The translations under genes were made by a program, and so were the position numbers. The notes under the pieces were generated by a model, which did not search any database, was not told the DNA's origin, and was given only the letters and a program-made list of their open reading frames with translations. A DNA stretch of 63,938 nucleotides, filler included, from Thelocarpon superellum (taxonomy: Eukaryota): the NCBI GenBank assembly GCA_026025795.1. It is 7 parts of 7 records of this genome, joined end to end, with 100 filler letters (N's around TTAATTAATTAA, not from the genome) between each part and the next. Parts side by side here need not be neighbours in the genome. Positions count along the whole stretch, not along the records: positions 47,362 to 56,619 come from JAPEUG010000574.1; positions 56,720 to 63,938 come from JAPEUG010000641.1; 5 more parts are not named here. One strand, given 5' to 3'. Below are positions 50,495-61,989 of this stretch, one piece after another (the first letter of the stretch is position 1; every line of letters starts with the position of its first letter).

Positions 50495-52094
50495 ATGGCC
50501 AACCAAACTCCGGCCGTTGTCATGGACAAGTGAGTATCCCACGAGTCGTTCCAGCTTCACGGGAGCGCAGGGCTAATCGGTTGCCTGGCAGCGGGACCGG
50601 CTTCTCAAAACTTGGTACATATCTGTCTGAGAGCTAGGTTCCATCAGTCCCTTGCTCATCATTCGACAGGATTTGCTGGAAACGATTCTCCGTCGTTTGT
50701 GTTTCCGACTGCGATTGCGACCAAAGCTAGCGGGGGTGGGACGGGAGGCGGCTCTCATACTGGCTCGGGCCGACCATCGGTCGCCAACAAGCCGTCGTTT
50801 CTAACGGGCGGGGCGGGCGCAGGGAGCCATCTCTCGACCAAGCGAGGAACGGAGGACTTGGATTTCTTCATCGGGGACGAGGCGTTGGCGGCGGCCAATG
50901 GACCGGGTACGAGGATCCCCCTATCCTGATCGACGACACACACTGACGCCGAGTGTAGGGTATGGAATCAACTATCCTATTCGGCACGGACAAGTGGAGA
51001 ATTGGGTGAGCAGGACGGGCCATGACGATCAGTCCCTGACATGACTGACCGACATAGGATCACATGGAACGATTTTGGTCCAACTCCATCTTCAAGTACC
51101 TTCGAGTCGAGCCGGAGGATCATTACTTTCTCCTCACAGAACCAGTACGATGCATGAGGTAAAATGCTTTCCGGCTGACGCTGACTCGTGCTAGCCGCTT
51201 AACCCGCCGGAGAACCGTGAAAACACGGCAGAGATCATGTTCGAGTCATTCAATTGCTCCGGGCTTTACATTGCCGTCCAGGCCGTCCTGGCTCTGGCCG
51301 CATCGTGGACCTCATCCAAGGTGTCGGATCGATCCCTGACGGGGACGGTGATTGACTCGGGTGACGGGGTCACGCACGTCATTCCCGTGGCCGAGGGGTA
51401 CGTGATTGGGTCGTCGATCAAGTCCATCCCGATCGCCGGTCGGGACATCACCTATTTCGTGCAATCCCTGCTCCGCGATCGTGGCGAGCCCGACAGCAGT
51501 TTAAAGACGGCGGAGAAAGTCAAAGAAGAATACTGCTATGTCTGTCCGGACATGGTCAAGGAGTTCTCCCGCTTCGACAAGGAACCCGACCGCTTCCTGC
51601 AGCATCAGGTCACGCACCCCAACGGTCGGTCCGTCACCGTCGACGTGGGATACGAGCGCTTCCTAGCGCCCGAGATCTTCTTCAATCCCGAAATCTACTC
51701 GTCCGACTTCCTCACCCCCCTGCCCGTGGTCGTGGACGGCGTCATTCAATCGTCCCCGATCGACGTCCGTCGTGGGCTCTACAAGAACGTCGTCCTCTCC
51801 GGTGGCTCCACTTTATACAAAGACTTTGGGCGCCGCCTCCAACGCGATATTCGCCATCTGGTGGACGCGCGCATCCGCGCGAGTGAGGCTCGAAGCGGTG
51901 GCGCTCGGTCGGGTGGACTGGAGGTGCAGGTGGTGACACATAAACGTCAGCGTCATGGACCGTGGTTTGGCGGGAGTTTGCTCGGCCAGACACCCGAATT
52001 CCGGAGCTATTGTCATACCAAGGCCGAGTATGATGAGGTGGGTCCGAGCATCGTGCGAAGATTTGCGCTGTTGGGTGGGCCGGGTGGGCAGTAG
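50495..52094 (+). CDS. ARP3: Actin-related protein 3 (Arp2/3 complex)
   Basis: [44 protein letters not shown] and APEIFFNPE. Several short 5' exons. Confidence 0.97.
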
Positions 52095-52467
52095 GGGGCC
52101 AGGGCGGAAGGAATGGCTCGGGCGCCTGGCTGTGATCCTCCCCTCCATACTATGAGTGCTAGTAGCACTCACGTCAAGGACCGAGATTTATGAGTCATGT
52201 ACGCCATTGTCTCAAAACAACGAGCGATTTTGCCGAAGCATCACGCACGCACACGTCTGAGGGGTCGTACTTACATGGGCACAAATCATCTGAAGAAGCG
52301 CAGATCTAGAATGGCAACCAGCGATTGGATTGCACGTCCTCGCAGGGCCGCTCAGTCGCAGCCTACAAGACGGATGCAGGACCCAGGGAAGCCATCTCTC
52401 TGCCGCGGGTGGGATGTGGTTGTCGACAAGGACTTGATCGCCGTCATCATCACTCGCTTGACCCACC

Positions 52468-54288
52468 TCATCCCTCTTCCTCCTTTCTCGTCAACACCGC
52501 CACTGCCTCGACGTGGCTGGTCTGCGGGAAGAAATCGAAGCCCCGCAGGCTTTCCATCTCGTATCGGACGTTGGACGTCCCGTGTGCTCCACTCTCACCT
52601 CCCTCTTCTTCTTTGCTGTCTCCATTTCGTCCCTCCCCATCTCGTTCTTCGTCGTCTAGGCCATGGCCCTGGCCCGTTCCGTGCTTCTCTCCCTCTTCGA
52701 GCCCCCGGACCAACATGCCCACGTCTCGGGCCTGCGTATGCACATTGCAGCTCACATACACAATCCGTTTCGGCCCGTACGCGAGCAGCTGGGAGAGGAA
52801 GTTGCCATCACAGCCTTTCCGGGGCGGATCGAGAATGACGGCCGTCTCGGAGGGTGGATAGCTGACGTCCTTGAAGAGCGCGACCGCGTCGGCCGCGATG
52901 AACTTGGCGTTGGCGATCTGATTCTCTCGCGCGTTGTGCCGCGCCGACTCGATGGAGGAGGCGGAGATGTCGATGCCCGTGCTGGACTTGAAGAGCGAGG
53001 ACAGGGTGATGGTGAAGAGACCCGAGCCGGAGTAGGCGTCGATGAGGTAGGAGAGTGGAGGGCTGGGGTTCGGGTCAGGGGCGGAGCGAGGAACGACGTG
53101 CTCGCGGATGTAGGCGGTGAAGACGGGGAGGATGGAGTTGTTGTTCTGGAAGAAGGCGTTGGCCGGGTTGAAGAATTTCCAGTCGCTGACGAATTCCGTC
53201 GACATGCCGTTTTGGTCCGTGATGCAGGTCTTTTCTTCCCTGTAGTCTCGGTGGCTGTATCGGAGGATTGCCTGCTCGGCCTCCTCCACCACGCTCTCGT
53301 CTCCCCGCTCGCCTTCTGCGTCGTAAGGAGTGCGGGTGGTGCTCTCACGCACGAGCAAGGTCGCCCCTTTCATGTACTTGTCCAGCTCTCGCACCACCCT
53401 CTTCCTCTCTCGCTTCAGGCCCATCCGCACCACGTCCGTGCCAATGATGCAATCCTCGATGTCGATCGTCCGTCGCGTGCCCTTCTCCATGAATCCGATC
53501 GGGGGCGTTTCTTTCCAGCCTTGCCGCTCCTCCTGCTTGCGACTGCGGTATCCCGGCGGCCCGTCAAAGTGTGGCGTGAGCTTGGTCCGGTAGCCGTACT
53601 GCATGGGCGAGGGAATGGTCTCGCCTACGGCCGGTACGGAAGGAGGGTCCAGGCCGGAGAAGTGTGCGTACGCCTTCTCGATGATGGTCTTCTTGTGCGC
53701 GAGCTGGTCCGGGTATGGCATCATCTGGAACTGGCACCCCGAACACTTGCCGAAGTACGGACATCGGACGAGGGAGTCGTCGCGGGCAGGGGATGAGTTG
53801 ACCAACTGTTCAAAGTCGGCCAGAGAGTATCCGTCGTCGACCACATGCTTGACTACTTTTACTTGCACGACATCGCCCGGCAGACAATATGGAACGACGT
53901 AGAGGTGGCGGGACTTGGCATGCGTGGCCAGGCCATCTCCAGTAGACGAAAGCGAGATCACATTGACCTCGATCTTGGAGAAGGGTTCAGGGAGAGGAGA
54001 AGTAGGATCAGGAGAGTCAGAGAGCTTCTGTGCGGCCAAGAGCTGCGCGACTTCGGTCGCCAGAATCTCTTGATTGGAGCCGGGTTGACTTGGTGTTCGC
54101 TGAATCTTTCTTCTCTTCGATTTGCGTCCACGGCCCTGAAAGGCTCGTTTCTTGGTGTCGGTCATGATAGGGAGCGCGGTTGTCCCTGGAACAAGACTTT
54201 GACGCCACGACTTCGCGATCAAGACGGTCGGCCAAATCCTAATGCGAGTGAACGGAAAGGCGAGTCTGCTTGATCCGCGACGAAACAT
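52468..54288 (-). CDS. TRM2: tRNA (uracil-5-)-methyltransferase Trm2
   Basis: TRAM-like region, CPYFGKCSGCQ, YRTKLTPHF, FFQNN, DAYSGSGLF, LDPPRKG, YVSCN and FFPQTSHVE. In-frame ATGs at 54288 and 54165. Confidence 0.92.
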   Translation of the reverse strand: MFRRGSSRLAFPFTRIRIWPTVLIAKSWRQSLVPGTTALPIMTDTKKRAFQGRGRKSKRRKIQRTPSQPGSNQEILATEVAQLLAAQKLSDSPDPTSPLPEPFSKIEVNVISLSSTGDGLATHAKSRHLYVVPYCLPGDVVQVKVVKHVVDDGYSLADFEQLVNSSPARDDSLVRCPYFGKCSGCQFQMMPYPDQLAHKKTIIEKAYAHFSGLDPPSVPAVGETIPSPMQYGYRTKLTPHFDGPPGYRSRKQEERQGWKETPPIGFMEKGTRRTIDIEDCIIGTDVVRMGLKRERKRVVRELDKYMKGATLLVRESTTRTPYDAEGERGDESVVEEAEQAILRYSHRDYREEKTCITDQNGMSTEFVSDWKFFNPANAFFQNNNSILPVFTAYIREHVVPRSAPDPNPSPPLSYLIDAYSGSGLFTITLSSLFKSSTGIDISASSIESARHNARENQIANAKFIAADAVALFKDVSYPPSETAVILDPPRKGCDGNFLSQLLAYGPKRIVYVSCNVHTQARDVGMLVRGLEEGEKHGTGQGHGLDDEERDGEGRNGDSKEEEGGESGAHGTSNVRYEMESLRGFDFFPQTSHVEAVAVLTRKEEEG

Positions 54289-54489
54289 ATGGCTGGTGGT
54301 TTGGCGGGTGGATTTACATTGACGGAGATGTCGACCAGCCGGGCTAGACGCGCCGCGTGACGGGGCCGGCCGCGGAGCTTGGGAGCTCGCCAAGAAATTT
54401 CTCCACTGTCAAGCAGGTCCAGGTCTCACGAGACACATTCAGCGTCGTGCGGCCCCCGAGCACGGTCGACGTGGGGTCAGATCTCCGAG

Positions 54490-55910
54490 ATGAAGCTCTC
54501 AAGGCCGGCAAGGCGATTACTCTTCCAGCCATGTCCCTTTCACTGCCATCCACGACACTTCCATCCCACTCCCGCACGTCCCGCCCGACGACGACCGGCC
54601 AATCCCAGCATCCAAGCCCAAGATATGGGACTGGCCAGGCGCGAGCGATCGAACCCATATACTGCCGAGGAGAAGAAGCTACTGGCCGACAAGTATACCC
54701 CCGCCCAATTGCAGGCCCTGGAGGCCGGCGAAGCCGCCATCGACGAGTCGGACCTGCAGGCACAAGCCGCCCTCCGCGATGACCCGATGGCGTTGAAGTA
54801 CCTGGACGACTTCGCCACCATTCGACCCATCATCGACAAGCCGGCCCGCGATCCCAACCCTGCCTACGACCCTAAGCTGCGATTGAAGACCAAGGGCGAG
54901 GTGGCGGAGGACCTGTGGGACTTTGTCAAGAACTTCCCCAACGACACGAAGCCCGAGGATGCGAAGCTTCCCTGGATGAAGTTCATGCACGAGCAGCGGA
55001 TGACGGTGGGCAAAGAAGAGGTGGAGAAGTCACCCACCAGCTACCAGACGCCCGAGCTGCCCAAGATCAGCGACCCAAACATCACATACCCGCCGAAGCG
55101 GAAGGCGTTTGAGGATCCGGAGATGAAGCGCGTCTTTCTCTACACCGGCTTCACGCCCGACGTGGTCAAGGACTTTCGCATCAAGACCCTGGTACTACAT
55201 TCGGTGGTGAATCAGACGCGCATGGGCAAGCAACGGTCGATGTATTGTCTGACGGTGGCGGGTGACGGGCGGGGATTGGTGGGCATCGGAGAGGGCAAGT
55301 CTCTCGAACCGGAGGACGCAAGAGCCCAGTCACGGCGAGCGGCGATCCGGAACATGCACGCTATCCCACGTTACGAAGGACGGACGATCTTTGGCGAAGT
55401 CGAAGGCAAAGTGGGAGCGGCCGAAGTCACCATCTCCTCGCGGCCACCGGGTATGTTCTTTTCCTCGCTTCGCTCGATGCCCCTCGGATTGGAATGGTAC
55501 AGTGGTGGTTCGAGGTCGTTCATCGGAGATGGCAGATGCGCGTCTGGAACGTTCGTCTGACGTGGCAATGGCAGGATTCGGCGTACGAAGTCAACAACAC
55601 ATCTTCGAGATCTGCCGATGCGCTGGCATCACGGACATGGCAGCGCGCGTGACGCGATCTCGAAACCCGATGAATGTGATCAAGGCCACGATGGAGGCGT
55701 TGAAGAATCAACGCATACCAGGTAGGCGACCTTTTTGGATCCTCGCTCTCCCACCTTTTCTTCACCCGACATACGGGATGGCGTGGTCGGAGAAGGGATC
55801 AGTGGGGTAAGGCAGAGCTGACCGGTGCGGCGGATACAGAAGAAATCGCCATTGCGAGGGGGAAGAAGTTGGTGGATGTGAGGAAGGTGTATTATGGGGG
55901 AAATGTGTAG
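54490..55910 (+). CDS. MRPS5: Mitochondrial ribosomal protein uS5m
   Basis: Presequence, VVNQTRMGK, GIGEGK, IPRYEGRTIFG, SRPPG|FG and RSRNPMNV. Ends KKLVDVRKVYYGGNV*. Two introns. Confidence 0.93.
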
Positions 55911-56129
55911 ATAGATGAACGCCTCTCGTGTCCATTTGGGAGGGTGTAGATAGCAGTGTCTGATTGGATCAACTCCCTCGTCAGACAGTCCCGCCATGTG
56001 CCCCCCCGGACATCCTCCTCGACTCCGTTACGCCACCTGTCCATCCAACACAACACCCGCGGAATCATCCATCAATACATTCGTCCATTCGTCCATTCGA
56101 TCATGCATTCTCGCACCGATCCGTCCATC

Positions 56130-56615
56130 TCAACCCTCGGTGCCGCCTCCTTCCCCGCCGGCATTTCCTCCAACCCACACCTCCTGCTGCAAGACGATGC
56201 TATACACACTGGCCTTGAGCAAGGTGAACACGAGACTCGTCTTCCGCTCCAACGTTCGTAATTCATCGAGGATTTGTGCCGTCGGTGTCTCGGAGAGGGT
56301 GGAAAGAGCGGCACTTAGCTATCCGCACCTGCGTGAGCAGAGTTCACACAAGAGGAGCGGAAGAAGGAAGGGTGGAATCGAGATCAAGTGGAGAGGGAAA
56401 ATAGACAGGTGACCGACCCTCTCCAAATTCGACGACAGTCGAGCATATTCATCTAGTAACGTAGCCTCCGTGGGCGTGAGGAGGTCAAGGTCTGCGTTCA
56501 TTCCCGCTCCCGCTGCAGATCCTGCACCTCCCCCACTTGCCCCCGATGGTCCCGAGGATATTGACGCCTGCGACGCGTGTAGATTTGAGGTGGGTGGTGG
56601 GATGGAAGATGCCAT
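56130..56615 (-). CDS. DAD3: DASH/Dam1 complex subunit Dad3
   Basis: LTPTE..LLDEYARL..NL|...ILDELRTLERKTSLVFTLLKASVYSIVLQQ. One intron. Confidence 0.9.
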
Positions 56616-56619
56616 GGCA

Positions 56620-56719
56620 NNNNNNNNNNNNNNNNNNNNNNNNNNNNNNNNNNNNNNNNNNNNTTAATTAATTAANNNNNNNNNNNNNNNNNNNNNNNNN
56701 NNNNNNNNNNNNNNNNNNN
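56620..56719. other. Artificial contig linker
   Basis: N44-TTAATTAATTAA-N44. Confidence 0.98.
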
Positions 56720-56798
56720 CTACGCACCTGTACTCTAGACTCCCTCGGCTGAGATACTGCAGAAGATGGGCACAGCATCGGCCTGTGACTCGATTCCT

Positions 56799-56825
56799 GC
56801 CATGCCATGCCATGCCATGCCATGC
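56799..56825. repeat. (GCCAT)n microsatellite
   Basis: About 5 pentamer copies. Confidence 0.85.
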
Positions 56826-57247
56826 ATCTCGACTTGACCGACCGTTACAGGGTAGTAAGAAGATAACGTACGATTACCCCTCTTCCTGACCGGAGTTCCA
56901 GCCAAGCCCCACATACCACAGCCAATTGCCGCATGCGTTCGGCTGCTGGGTGCAGCTGCTACGGCAAAAGCCACGTTTCACATCCATGTGACCTCATGCA
57001 CCCTGTCATGTACGCATGAGTAGCAAAATGCCTGTCACGTCTTCGACGCCCCATGCTCACCTCACCTCGCCCCATATCCCTGAGATCCTGACATGCGTCC
57101 GGTTCGCTTTTCTCTCCGACGGGCTGGGCCTCGCCAGTGCCGTCAAGTGCATGACACGTACTCATCCTACGCCTCTACCTGTGGCAGCACCTCTCTCTAC
57201 AGATGCTTGACCGTCACTCGTCACTGCAGCAAACGAATGACAACGTG

Positions 57248-58273
57248 TCACCACGCACCCACGATCCCGGCAATGGGAATGTCGATGCCCGTGGTGTAAG
57301 AGGCGGTATCAGACAGCAGATAGACATAGGCCCCGCCCAGCTCCTGCGGTAGGGCCAGTCGAGGCATGCCGCCGTAGTAGGCCATCTTGGTCTCCCAATC
57401 AGGTGCCTGCTCTACGTAGTATGTCATGGCCGTCTTGACGAAGCCCGGCGAGACGCTGTTCACACGAATGCCATGTTTCGCCCATTCCATGGCAAGCGTG
57501 TGTGTCATGTTGCGGACCGCTGCCTTGGTGCCTCCGTATGGTGCCGACGGGGCAGCCTTGGGGGAAAGTTAGCCCGACGGACCCAGGGCGGGGCAGACAA
57601 GGTGACACACCCGATTGGGCCGATAGGAGGTCATGGACGCCGTAAAGACGATGGAGCCTTTGATGCCGAGCTCAATGAATTTCCGCGCCACTGTGTTGGC
57701 ACAAAAGTAGGAGCTAAAGACCTTGGGGCGGGGTCAGCGCGGCACGGATGGCCTGCACGGTGAGCGACGACTCGCATTGAGATTGAACAGCTTCTCCATC
57801 TGCTCGCGATCAAAGTCGAGGGCGGGTTGATGCTTGGTCATGCCGGCGTTGGCCACGAAGCCGTCTATTCGGCCCTGGTCGGACACAATGGTCTGGATGG
57901 CTTCCTCCACCCGCTGCTCTACGGTGACGTCGACCTGGATGAAACGCAGCTGTGCATGCTGCTCCTGCAACGCCAGAAAATCATGCCCGGGCTCTTCGAT
58001 ATCCAGCGAGTAGACGACCTTGGCGGCATTGGCCAGACACACCTCGGCGACGCCAAGCCCGATGCCGCGGTTGGCCCCCGTGACTAATGTCGCCCGCCGT
58101 CAGCGTCGGCACGTCCAGCTGCATGGGCCGGACCAGGGCTCACTGGCAATCACCTTTCCCGCCAGCGTGATCTGCCATGGCTGGTTCGGTGCTGGCTGCG
58201 TACTGAGGATGGTGGGTGTGCTGGGCAGGGTCCCTTGCCGGGCGGGCAGAGCCGTCGCCTCGGAGCTGGCCAT
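57248..58273 (-). CDS. Short-chain dehydrogenase/reductase (sorbose reductase / mannitol or arabitol dehydrogenase-like)
   Basis: TGANRGIG Rossmann motif, ANAG, GSIVFTASM, catalytic YGGTK, IRVNSVSPG and SYTTG. Three introns. Confidence 0.88.
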
Positions 58274-59059
58274 GATGGAGGTTGCCGTGGGAAACAGAAG
58301 ACGACGAGTAGACAGAGAAAGGATGAGACGAGACGCACTCACTAGGTTTTTGCGTGTTGATAGCTGTTAGCTAATTGGAACGGGGATGACTTGCAGTGGC
58401 AGCCATCACCCTGCATCTCATGTCTCTAGCTCCTTTGCCAAGGACATGTCCATTGACCCATGGTGCAGACATGCTGCCTCGTCCTCTCGCTGAGCGTCCG
58501 TGCAGCTTACGGACGACGGACAAGCGAGGCCTCCAGACGACCATGGCGGATGGGGAGCTCCAATTATTGCAGGTAACGCTGCGCGTAATGGCGGGGCAGT
58601 CGACGGGAAATCCCTACTCGGTCAAGTCCAGCTGGGGGAAATCGCGCGCTTCCTCCCAGACAGAGAGCTTGAGAGGCGGCAGCTCCCCGCATCCCTCTTG
58701 GCAGTGCCGGCTACCTTCCCTCGTTGGCCGACGACCTTTCCATATTGCATCCAAGGATGCAACGGTTCATCTCCCACTCCCGCATCCTGGGTGAGCGTGC
58801 GGCCCGCCCCGTCGGGCCCAGGAGGCCGTCGACGGCGACGTCCGTGTACCAAATGTGCTGCCATCGCGTCGTCCCTCAACTTGTACCATGGCCGTGTCCA
58901 TGCAGGCCCATTTCGAGTGGAAATGCCTCTGCATTTGTATAAACGCCCACGCCCCTCATCCCGCATCTCGGCTTGTCCTTGTGCTTCATTTGATGGACAC
59001 TCCGATCGAGGTGTGGCGACTGCACGCTCGACAAGCACACGGTCAATTGGTCTTGAAAC

Positions 59060-60876
59060 ATGTCGGTGGACAATGGGCCCAACGGTCTCAACGCGGAGAA
59101 GGGCAATGTCCTTTTCAGGGTGGATCACGACGACGAGGGGACCACGAACTTGCAGTTTGACGTTGACTGCTCTCCCGAGGAAGAGAAGCAGCTGGTGAGA
59201 AAGGTCGACTTGCGCCTCCTGCCGACCATCTGGCTCATGTACCTGCTGTCCTACGTCGATCGCACCAAGTAAGCTCGACCCCCGTTTCCGCTCTGCACCT
59301 CGGCTTCTAACGCGTCTGGCTCCGATGGTAGCATCGGCAATGCGAAGATCGCCGGCTTACAAGCGGATCTACGCCTGAGTTCGGGACAATACTCCGTCTC
59401 TCTGGTGGTCTTTTTCATCACCTATGTCGTCTTTGAGGTCCCGAGCAAGTAGGCTAGATGGAACGCCTGTCTTGCCATGGACCAGCCCTGCTGACCAGTA
59501 CGCTAGCATGTTGCTCTCCAAGTCGCGGCCATCAATCTACCTGCCCGTCGCCATGTGTCTTTGGGGCGCGGCGACGTGCTGCATGGCGGCCATTCAGACC
59601 TACCACCAACTCGTCGCGCTTCGTCTCCTCGTAGGCGTCCTGGAATCCGCCTTCGCCCCCGGCGTTCTGCTCATCCTCTCCTCCTGGTACAAGAAAGGAG
59701 AGCAGTCCAAGCGCTTTGCCGTCTACATGTCCGCCGCCATCCTCTCGGGAGCGTTTGGCGGCCTCTTGGCTGGAGCCATCACCCAAAATCTCGAAGGCGC
59801 TCATGGCATACGAGGATGGAGATGGCTCTTTGTTCGTGCAGAGGCCCAGCTCGGTCGGCGTCATCAAGAGCTAATGAGGACGCAGATCGTCGAGGGTACG
59901 GCAACGATTGGCTGGGTGAGTTTTCCTACACCACACGTCCGCCTTAACGTGACGCTCATGAACGTCAACGCAGGCAATCATCTCGCACTTTATTCTGCTC
60001 GACTTTCCCGCCACGTCGAAGCAGCTCAGCGCGCGTCAGAGACACATCGCGGTGCGCAGGCTCCAGATTGAAAACATCACGACCACGACCATGGAGACGC
60101 CAGATCCGTCACATGTGCGGGCACTGTTGGACTCGCTCCAAAGCTGGCGCACCTGGCTCTTTACCTTGGGCTACATGGTTCGTCATTTCATCCCAATCCC
60201 TCACGTTGGGCTAAGCTCTGTGGACAGGTGATTGTGGGATCCTCTACGCTGTCTTACTTCTATCCTACCCTGGTCCAAGGACTAGGCTATTCCGCGAACA
60301 AGGCTCAATTCATGGTGGGCGTCATCCCAATCGAACACGGGTGCCGTCTCTCACACTGACCACGACTCGCTGCAGACTGTACCCATCTATGCGGTTGCTT
60401 TCGTCTGCACGGCCGTCATGGGTTATCTCTGCGACAGAATTCCTCAACATCGGGGTCTAGTGATCTCGAGTAAGTCTTGTCTGTCCTCTCCGACTACCCA
60501 GGCGCTATATCGCTGACTGCTGGCAGCATGGTTGACTCTATCGATGACGTGTGCGATTGCGGTGTGCTGCGTCTACAACGACAAGGCCCGGTACGCGTTG
60601 TTGGTGTTTCTCACAGCGGGACTGTGGGTGAGCAATGCTGTGTCGCTATCTTACATGGCTTCGACCTTTGGATACATGCGTCCAGAGGTCCGCGCCGTCA
60701 GTCTGGCGTTTGTCAATGGCATGGGCAACCTCGCGCAGATCTATGGCGCGTTTCTGTTTCCCTCCAGCGACGCACCAAAATATCTCATGGGCTTCTCGGT
60801 CATCTCGGCCATGTGCGCGTTTGGTGTCGTCATGTATCTTCTGATACATGTGTTGACTCGCAAGTATCCGCGTTGA
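59060..60876 (+). CDS. MFS transporter, anion:cation symporter (Dal5/Tna1-like) family
   Basis: KVDLRLLP..YLLSYVDRT|NIGNAKIAG, FEVPS, LSSWYK, SGAFGGLLA, GWRWLF|IVEG and GNLAQIYG. Multiple introns. Confidence 0.92.
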
Positions 60877-61210
60877 CGAGGGTGGGTGCTGGGAGGTGGG
60901 AGGAGGTTGGTCAGGAGGTTTTTGTTGCTTTTCATTGCTAGAGGTCACATGTCATTCATTCGGTGTACGGGCACGCATACGGGCACGGTGTTGAGCAGGC
61001 CTCGAGCAGTCAAACGACTCCTCGGACGGCGATTTGAACCTGACAATTCATAAGAGGTGACTCGAAGACGCGGGAGGTTAGCGATTGGACCACTACCATG
61101 TCGGATGTCGAAGACGTGAAAGTACCTGAGTTTCGCTGGGCTCCCAATCCGCTTAGGGATGTCCGTGCCGCAGTATGCTGGAAGAGGCAAATTTCCATAA
61201 AGCTTACTTC

Positions 61211-61301
61211 TGTAGGAGCGCGCACGTGATCTGGTCACGTGCCCACTACTATTACCATCCCAGACTACGCGTAGATTAGCAATTCAGCTCTGATTCCTAC
61301 A
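61211..61301 (-). mobile_element. Short dispersed TG...CA element (solo-LTR/TRIM/MITE-like), copy 2
   Basis: TGTAGGA...TCCTACA ends; about 91% identical to the reverse complement of 27540-27629. No target-site duplication visible. Confidence 0.75.
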
Positions 61302-61989
61302 GTAGTATGCTTGATGTGCCGGAATTACGCAACACCACGTCACGCCGACGAAGCGAGGAAGCGAGGAAGCGAGGAGTTGATACACAGTCAATACTAGCCG
61401 CCGTGGTGCTCGGACTTATCGCAATAATGATGGCGAACATGACGTGCAACCGCCGCTCCCTCGAGGGCGAATCTCGTCCTCGAACGAGGAGCGCGATGTG
61501 GCATCGAGCGGTCGAGGTGCTCTTCCTTTCCAACGTCTGCCTGGCAGCGCTGCGCCTCTGGTGTCTAGTCTCTGATTACTGGCTTGTGGATGCTTGCGCT
61601 GGCGTCCATCAAGACTGTCCGGGTGCGTCACCATCTTGAGAAACATTACTTCGTACATCTCACGTGATGCCTCTGCGTGATGTCGCATGACTTGCGTCGT
61701 CGCTCAAATGGCTGTTGGTCCGGAGTCCAATTGTGAGGGATGTAAGGACCCGTACGGTCACGTGGACTCCACGTGACCCTGCAGCATCCACATATAGCAG
61801 CCGTAGCTTAGCCTTGCTAGGAGGACAGAGGCCAAGAGCCTGCCACCAATAGCTAGACAGATTCATGCACATTTGCATACAATAATCCATCCTTTGATGT
61901 AGGTCAAGCCGGGTGTCTAGCATGACACAAATCTGGCATGTCACTCGACCACCAGGGGCACCACATTGGTTTTGGCGTGTGAGTCTGCA

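Noticed and set aside
54289..54489. ORF-track extensions making TRM2 (to 54393) and MRPS5 (from 54379) overlap
   Set aside because: Both extensions rely on non-ATG starts. The first ATGs are 54288 and 54490, which leaves a normal short divergent promoter.
57218..57250. Stop-codon readthrough creating a cryptic peroxisomal signal on the SDR
   Set aside because: The context is TGA-CAC and the extension (HVVIRLLQ*) does not end in a PTS1.
61307..61944. ORFs beside element copy 2 as retroelement gag/pol
   Set aside because: No protease, RT, integrase or zinc-knuckle motifs, and no clear PBS or PPT.
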